A DNA stretch of 64,000 nucleotides, from assembly GCF_009914755.1 (NCBI RefSeq), contig NC_060928.1, one strand, 5' to 3'. Below, one piece after another: positions 57,664-64,000 of this stretch. The DNA is from the human T2T-CHM13v2.0 reference genome, Homo sapiens. The notes under the pieces were generated by a model that was not told the DNA's origin, made no database searches, and saw only the letters and a list, made by a program, of their open reading frames with translations. Position 1 is the stretch's first letter, and each line of letters begins with the position of its first letter. A program made the position numbers and the translations under genes.

Positions 57664-58091
57664 TGACAGAGCAGGAACATCACCATCTGGGACAAGCACC
57701 ACCATTCTAAAGTTCACCTTGATCAAAAAACTGCCTAAATCCAAAGGGCAGCAGCCTAATTGCTAAGGTCAGCATGACCATAAACCACTAATAACATCTC
57801 TCAACAGAAACAGTCCAAACCCCTCCTCAACCAGAGACATGCCAGCCCTGAGATAATCCGCCTACGGCTGGGAAGATGTCAGCCCTGAGATAACCTCCCT
57901 TCTGGAAAGATATCAGCCCCAAGATAACCTCCCCTCTGCCCAGAGACATTCCAACCCCACCATAAAACTTCTCCCCTACACAGAAACATTCCAAGCCAGA
58001 AGCCCCTCTCAGGTTTATTTTTCTAAAATAAAACTGTCTTTGACTGTTGATCCGCATTTCGTGTTTCTTTCCTCTTTCTTTAACTCTTACA
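57664..58091 (+). mobile_element. ERV1 solo LTR, LTR19-like
   Basis: TGACAGAGCAGGAACATCACCATC start, AATAAA, ..TAACTCTTACA end; perfect 5-bp TSD GCTAT at 57659-57663 and 58092-58096. Confidence 0.88.
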
Positions 58092-61000
58092 GCTATAGGG
58101 AATTTTTATCCTCTTAAATTTAAAATGTCTTGCCCCATTTTAAGTTTCTGCCACATTTTTTTCTCTGAAAAAAAAATTGACAGTCATAGAATCTTAGAGT
58201 AAAAATTTTGAGAAGCACAGAAAGATAATTCAAAGCTGGATTATACCATAGTCTATATTAGGTTGTGGAGGTGGTTTTAATTAATTTATTCACTTAGCAA
58301 CTACAATGTTGAAGGCTGCAAACTGGGAATATAATTTGTACTCAGTCACTGACATTTTTAATTCTTAATATGTAGAATTTTGAACTGCATTTATAATCAA
58401 ATAATCTATCAGAAAACTTTTGAATTACTATTTTATAAAACCAATGTATAATAAATAACTTGAAATATTAATTTATAAATAAAATTTATTTTAAGAACAA
58501 GAATGTGTTAACTCTTCCTCCCATTTCCATTTAAAAGTATCTGTTTTGAGAAGCATAAAATGTCCATCAGTTGGACAATTATAGAATATCTACTGTAAGA
58601 CAACAATGGGCAGGGCATATAAACATGATATGCTATGAGTCATAGAAAATATAAAACAGAGAAGGAAGAGTAACGTAATCCTGAGAAACTCATAGTAATG
58701 TATCTAGCAAATAATATTTTGAATAGCAGCTTGAAAATAGCATAGTTTAACAAATGGAGAAATGACATATTCTTAGAAGCCATCATTTACATCATTAATG
58801 AGATGGCAGCTACCAAATATTTAAGAGTTCATAGAAGAAAAAGCAAGGCCTCTCTACAGTGATTTAACAAATTCCGAACTATTAAACAAATGGTTTTTCA
58901 CAGTGGTCAAAAACAAATATATAAATCAATTGCTATGCTGCAGTCACTTATGGGACCCTCCTTTCATTTTTTTCATTTTTTTCTTAAATTGAGAACTGTA
59001 TTCTCTTTAATTTTATTGTAAGATTTTAAAATGCCAAGTAACATCTCAACTTTAAAGTCAATTATTTTACAGATGAACTACAAAACTGTACCTAAAATTT
59101 TTCTTCAGAAACATTATTATTTATTTAGATTTTGATAAAAGCTGACTGGTTTTAAGGCAACTCATTTGCATTTGGAATATATAATTCTATGTCAAAATAA
59201 CAACATATTTTTATACAATGCAAGTAATATTATAAACTCAAGTTTGGGTGAATTAAAAAGATTAAATCAAATATCTGGCCATATGGAAATAACATTTTTC
59301 TCATTTTATATAAAAATATATTAAGATATCTTGAAAATACATTTGCTACATATCATCAGTCCTAGATTCGGTAGTGGTACTAAAAGTAGTCATTTTTTTC
59401 AAAGACAAAATGTTAGAAGTATTTACTATAAACTATATATTGTCTTTTAAATTTATAAGTCATAAAGTAGACAAAAACATAAGGAGAAAAAAATACTTCT
59501 GTACATTTTCCCAAATTACCATTACAGCTTTATTTTTATCTACTTTGAAAAATTACATCTGAATGGCCTTAAGTTCTTGAAGGTCTTTAGTCATCAGAGT
59601 TCCTCATAACAATAGCTTTTATCTTGTATTGATCATCAAAGAATCTTGGCCTTGATGGCACATTAGCCTCGAGTAAAGTTTATCCAACTATTTTTATAAA
59701 TATTTTCAAATACAAAAATCTGTATATTCTGGACCTTTATAGGAGAGGTTGATATTATTATTTTAATATTTTCATTTTCTTAAAACCTTAGCATCACTGC
59801 ATTAAATTTTTCATGTATAAATATATTTTTGTTCCCTCTAAGAGAAGTTTTCTTCCTTAAATGGATGAACTAACTAGTAAACGAATTCTGTGTTTTAGAC
59901 CTCTTTATCACACTAATAAAGAGTGCATCAGAAACCCCATTCTCTTGTCAATTTTCATAATAACTAATATAATAGCTTCCAGACTTACAATTACCTATCA
60001 TCACTCTAAATTAGAGGAGCTTTCTCTCCTCAACCTATCAACTAATTTCTTGTCCACTGATTTCCTCTGTCAGGTAAATTGGTCATACATTTGAAAAGTG
60101 TTGCATTATTAAAAAAAAAAAAAAGAGGACAAATAGTAATAATTTCCTAGCACATTAAAAAGACAGGAATGTCAAGAATTCTGTGTATATCCAGTTTCCA
60201 AATAATGAGAAAGTTACATAAATAACCAGAGAATCAGTCATTTCTGCTATAACTTAATTCTCAGTAAGTAAAGCTTGGTTTCTGGTAGCTTTTATTCAGC
60301 ATGAAATACATAAAATAATAAATAAAACCTTACATTTTCAGTGGTCTTAGGAGACCATGGGAAGTTCATTTCTGAAAGTTAATTTTAAAATGGAAGGGTA
60401 GTGGTTTGAAAAGTTAATCATCACTGAATACAGGAGGTTTTGTATATGTTGTGCTAATATGTATGTTTTAAACTCATATACCCAATAATATTAATGGTCT
60501 ATATTATAAAAATCATTTTAAACTCCTTTTCCTAAAAGAATTTAAAAACCACAACTCACACATGACACATCTGTGATTTCTATAAATGTCTGTCTGACTT
60601 AAAAGATCATTAAATCATGTCATCTCACTATGCCATATTGCCTTTTGAAAATAAATTTTCACTGAAAACGGATAAGTGACATATATGGATAGTCCTGGAG
60701 GTTAATTGTCTACCGCTAGTAGCTGAGTTTACACTGAAGTTCCAAGTTAGCTCAGCAGAAGAACAAGTTGATACCAGCCAGTAGGCTCTAGAGGTTCCCC
60801 TTTACTAAGCCTTCCATAACCAGGAGCTTCCATGATTACATGATCACCTAGATACTTCTGCCCCCTGACTTTATAAACACGTAGAGCATTATAAAGGAGA
60901 GGGCCCTTCTCTACCAATTATTAGTCATCCAGGAAACATTTATATCTAGTCTAAGCTGTGGAATAAAGAGATTTTGAATATGACTTGTTTCTACTAGTTC

Positions 61001-61132
61001 TTTGATTGTAAGTTTTTCTCCAATAAAATTCTCCACATCATGTGGCACTAGAAGTTCATGTGTTTGAGTCACTGTAATATTAAAAGCTTAAGCACAAAAT
61101 TCTTTCAATGATCCAGGCATTAACACATGTAT

Positions 61133-61235
61133 ACTGCTTTGAACTTAATTGCGCTCCCACCCGCATTCATATGTTGAAGTCCTACCCCCCAATGTAAATA
61201 TATTTAGAGATAGGGTCTTAAGGGAAGTAATTGAG
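61133..61235 (+). mobile_element. MLT1A/B 5' fragment
   Basis: ATTCATATGTTGAAGTCCTA.CCCCCAATGT..TATTTAGAGATAGGGTCTT. Confidence 0.75.
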
Positions 61236-61346
61236 TAATACAATGCATGCTAACTCAATTAGAATAATACAAAGTTACTAGAAAAGATTTGTTTATACGG
61301 ATGTCATACTAATAAATCATTTTTTAATTTACTCTTTACATTTTTA

Positions 61347-61685
<339 letters not shown>

Positions 61686-61960
61686 AAAATGCATCATCTC
61701 TATTTTCACATGTTTTACATTCTAGTAAACATACAGATATTCACAGGTTCAGTAAAATAAGTTAATCACATAAGGGAGATAGAAGAAAATCAGAAATGGT
61801 GACATTGTAGAAGTTTCATCAAAGCAGTCCTGTTTTCTCAGAAGGGGCAGTTTTTAAGCTGGGTTATGAAGGATGTAGAGCAGTATTCCAGACAGGTAAA
61901 AAGGTAGATATATTATCGCATGGTGCAAGAGCATGAATAAAAGCATGAAGAAATAAGAAA

Positions 61961-62647
61961 TATTATCGACTGAATAATGGTCCCCCTAAGATGTCTATGC
62001 CCTAATCCCTGAAACCTGTGAATACGTTATGCTACATAGCAAAGGGGTTTTGAAAGTAGAATTAAGGTTAAGAACCTTAGGAGAGGGAGATTACTCTCTG
62101 TTGTCTAGGTTGGTTCCACCTAATTACATGAGCCATTAAAAGCAGATAACTTTCTCCAAATGGAGACCTATGAGAGTGGTGGCAGAAGTCAGAGAGATGT
62201 GTTAGGAAGAAAAGGCAAAGAAATTCCAAGTGTGAGAAGGATTTGAAGCAACACTGCAGGCTCTGAGATGTAGGTATTCATACACAGTGAGAGGTCATAA
62301 CAATGATGGGGATCCAGGAGCTAAGGGCCAACTTTAACGGCCAGCAAGGAAATGGGGACTTCAGTCATGAAACCACAAGAAACTGGATTCCAACAACAAC
62401 TGAAGTTGTTATTTCCAAATTCCATATGAATATGGTATTTGGAACCATATTCTTTGCAGAGTCTTTCAATAAAAATCCAGCCCAGCTGGCTGACACCTTG
62501 ATTTCAGCCTTATGAAACCTAGAGCACAGGAAACAGCCAGGTCAACTTAGACTTCTGACCTATAAAACTATGAGATAACTAATGTATATTCTTTTGAGAA
62601 ACCAAATTTGGTATGATTTGTTACAGCAGTAACACAAAACTAATATA
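61961..62647 (+). mobile_element. MLT1E-like solo LTR inserted in L2
   Basis: GAATAATGGTCCCC..CTAATCCCTGAAACCTGTGAAT start; GCTGACACCTTGATTTCAGCC; TTTGTTACAGCAG..AAAACTAATATA end. Confidence 0.88.
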
Positions 62648-62659
62648 TACCATGAACTA

Positions 62660-63620
62660 TGGCATCACTTGAGTATAAAGACCAAAGAGAGAAGTGAAGA
62701 ATCAGACCATGGAAGAAGGAATTGAGATGATGTAACTTTTTGACTTGAGATTTTATCTTGTGTTTAAATGTTATTCTGTAGCTGCTGAGGAGCTATCAAA
62801 TGATTTTAAGTTGCGAGTTGATATAATCATGTTAGGATGACCACTAGGGGCAGTGGAGGAGAAGACAGGATAGAGGGATGTGACTAGAGAATGTGAAATT
62901 GACACAAGGAATTTTGTAAAGCTCCAGTCATAATATGATAAATACTTAGACAAGAACAAGGACAGTGGCCAAAGAATAAATTGAAACAGAATGATAAATT
63001 ATTAGGATGTACACTTATAAGATTATGTGATTCAATAGGTGTGAGGATTACTGAGTATGAAGATAATTCTAGTTCTTAGATTTACATCTTATCATATTGG
63101 GTAGATAATATGGATTTACTGAGATATGGCAGACAGCAAGATTGGAATAGGATAGAGATGGGTGGCAGAGATGATGAATTAATTTTTTTACACATTAATA
63201 TTAAGTGACTTTGGATCACTGGAAAATAACTGGTAAGAAGTGTGTATTCATTAGTGAGCTCTATAGTTGTGCAAGTTACAGAACTGGGCAGTCACATGCT
63301 GAGACAAGTAATTCAGTTTCAATTTTGTCTTGAGACAGTGGGATATAAATAGTATTTTAGTCAATGCTTATGATAAATTTGTCATGGTATTAAAGAAAGT
63401 ATGTGAGTATTTTAGAGGCATAAAAGAGAAGTCTTAAAAGATCTAATGCAGCACAACCTGGCTGTCCAATGTATATCAAGAAGGGAAAGTTGTAAAAAAG
63501 AAAAGAATGTTTAGAGATGTCAAATTTCTCAGACAGGTCAGTTAAGAGGCACACTGAAAAAATTCGCAAGGATTTAGCAATGTGCTGTGAGTCATGTATC
63601 TCTGTCATGTTTTTTTTTTT
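62660..63620 (-). mobile_element. L2 body relic (also 61800-61955)
   Basis: Purine-rich antisense L2 tracts, e.g. GATTTTATC..GGAGCTATCAAATGATTTTAAG, GTCAAAT..GACAGGTCAGTTAAGAGG..ACTGAAAA. Confidence 0.6.
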
Positions 63621-64000
63621 TCCATTAGGATTTAGAGGGATACCAGGTCTAATCTGGTGATATTCCATGGACTGAGGAAAGATAGGATACCTTTTTCCTA
63701 TTATTACAGTTCATGGAGAAAATGAGCATATGTCAGAAACAAAGTCCTGAAATGTAAGCCAATAAATATTAAGTTCAGGGAAGATAGTTCAATATGAGGG
63801 TATCTCTGAGTAAAATATACGATTCAAGGATACATACAGACCTTGAGCAAGATTTTTAAAAAAAACAACAATCCAAAAAATACTAAGCATAAAAAAAGTA
63901 AATCTTTTAAAATTCATGGAGTCATGTGCAGGAAGCATGGAAGTTTTTAAATGAAATTTCCACATCAGTTTGGGTCTTCATGTTGGAAGGATGAATAAGG

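Noticed and set aside
57840-57935. Spaced direct repeats that superficially resemble a CRISPR array
   Set aside because: Only three degenerate units inside an LTR U3 in primate DNA, with related spacers and no cas genes.

Overview
AT-rich, CpG-poor primate (human-like) nuclear DNA, typical of a gene desert or a very long intron. I find no supportable protein-coding gene, tRNA/rRNA, CpG island or CRISPR array; the long ORFs in the track are Alu read-throughs, decayed L1 ORF2 or low-complexity sequence. A large part of the window is transposon-derived: L1s of several ages (L1M-type, L1PB, L1PA16, L1PA4, an orphan L1PA 5'UTR/ORF1 piece), six dimeric Alus and three monomers, MIR/L2 relics, about ten solo LTRs (MST, MLT1, MLT2, MER39-like, MER61-like, LTR19-like, MER11D-like), an ERVL RNaseH/integrase fossil and Tc1/mariner MITEs (MADE1, Tigger3a). 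Many have target-site duplications (TSDs) readable directly. The best unexplained structure is a ~230-bp-arm inverted repeat (12770-12999 / 13218-13444, about 85% identical by eye). It matches no repeat I recognise, and its ~220-nt loop is bounded almost exactly by a consensus 3' splice site and a GAG|GTAAGT 5' splice site. This is a candidate stem-enclosed exon (skipping or circRNA switch), but it remains a hypothesis. Subfamily names come from recalled consensus sequences, not a database search, and boundaries of old repeats are approximate.
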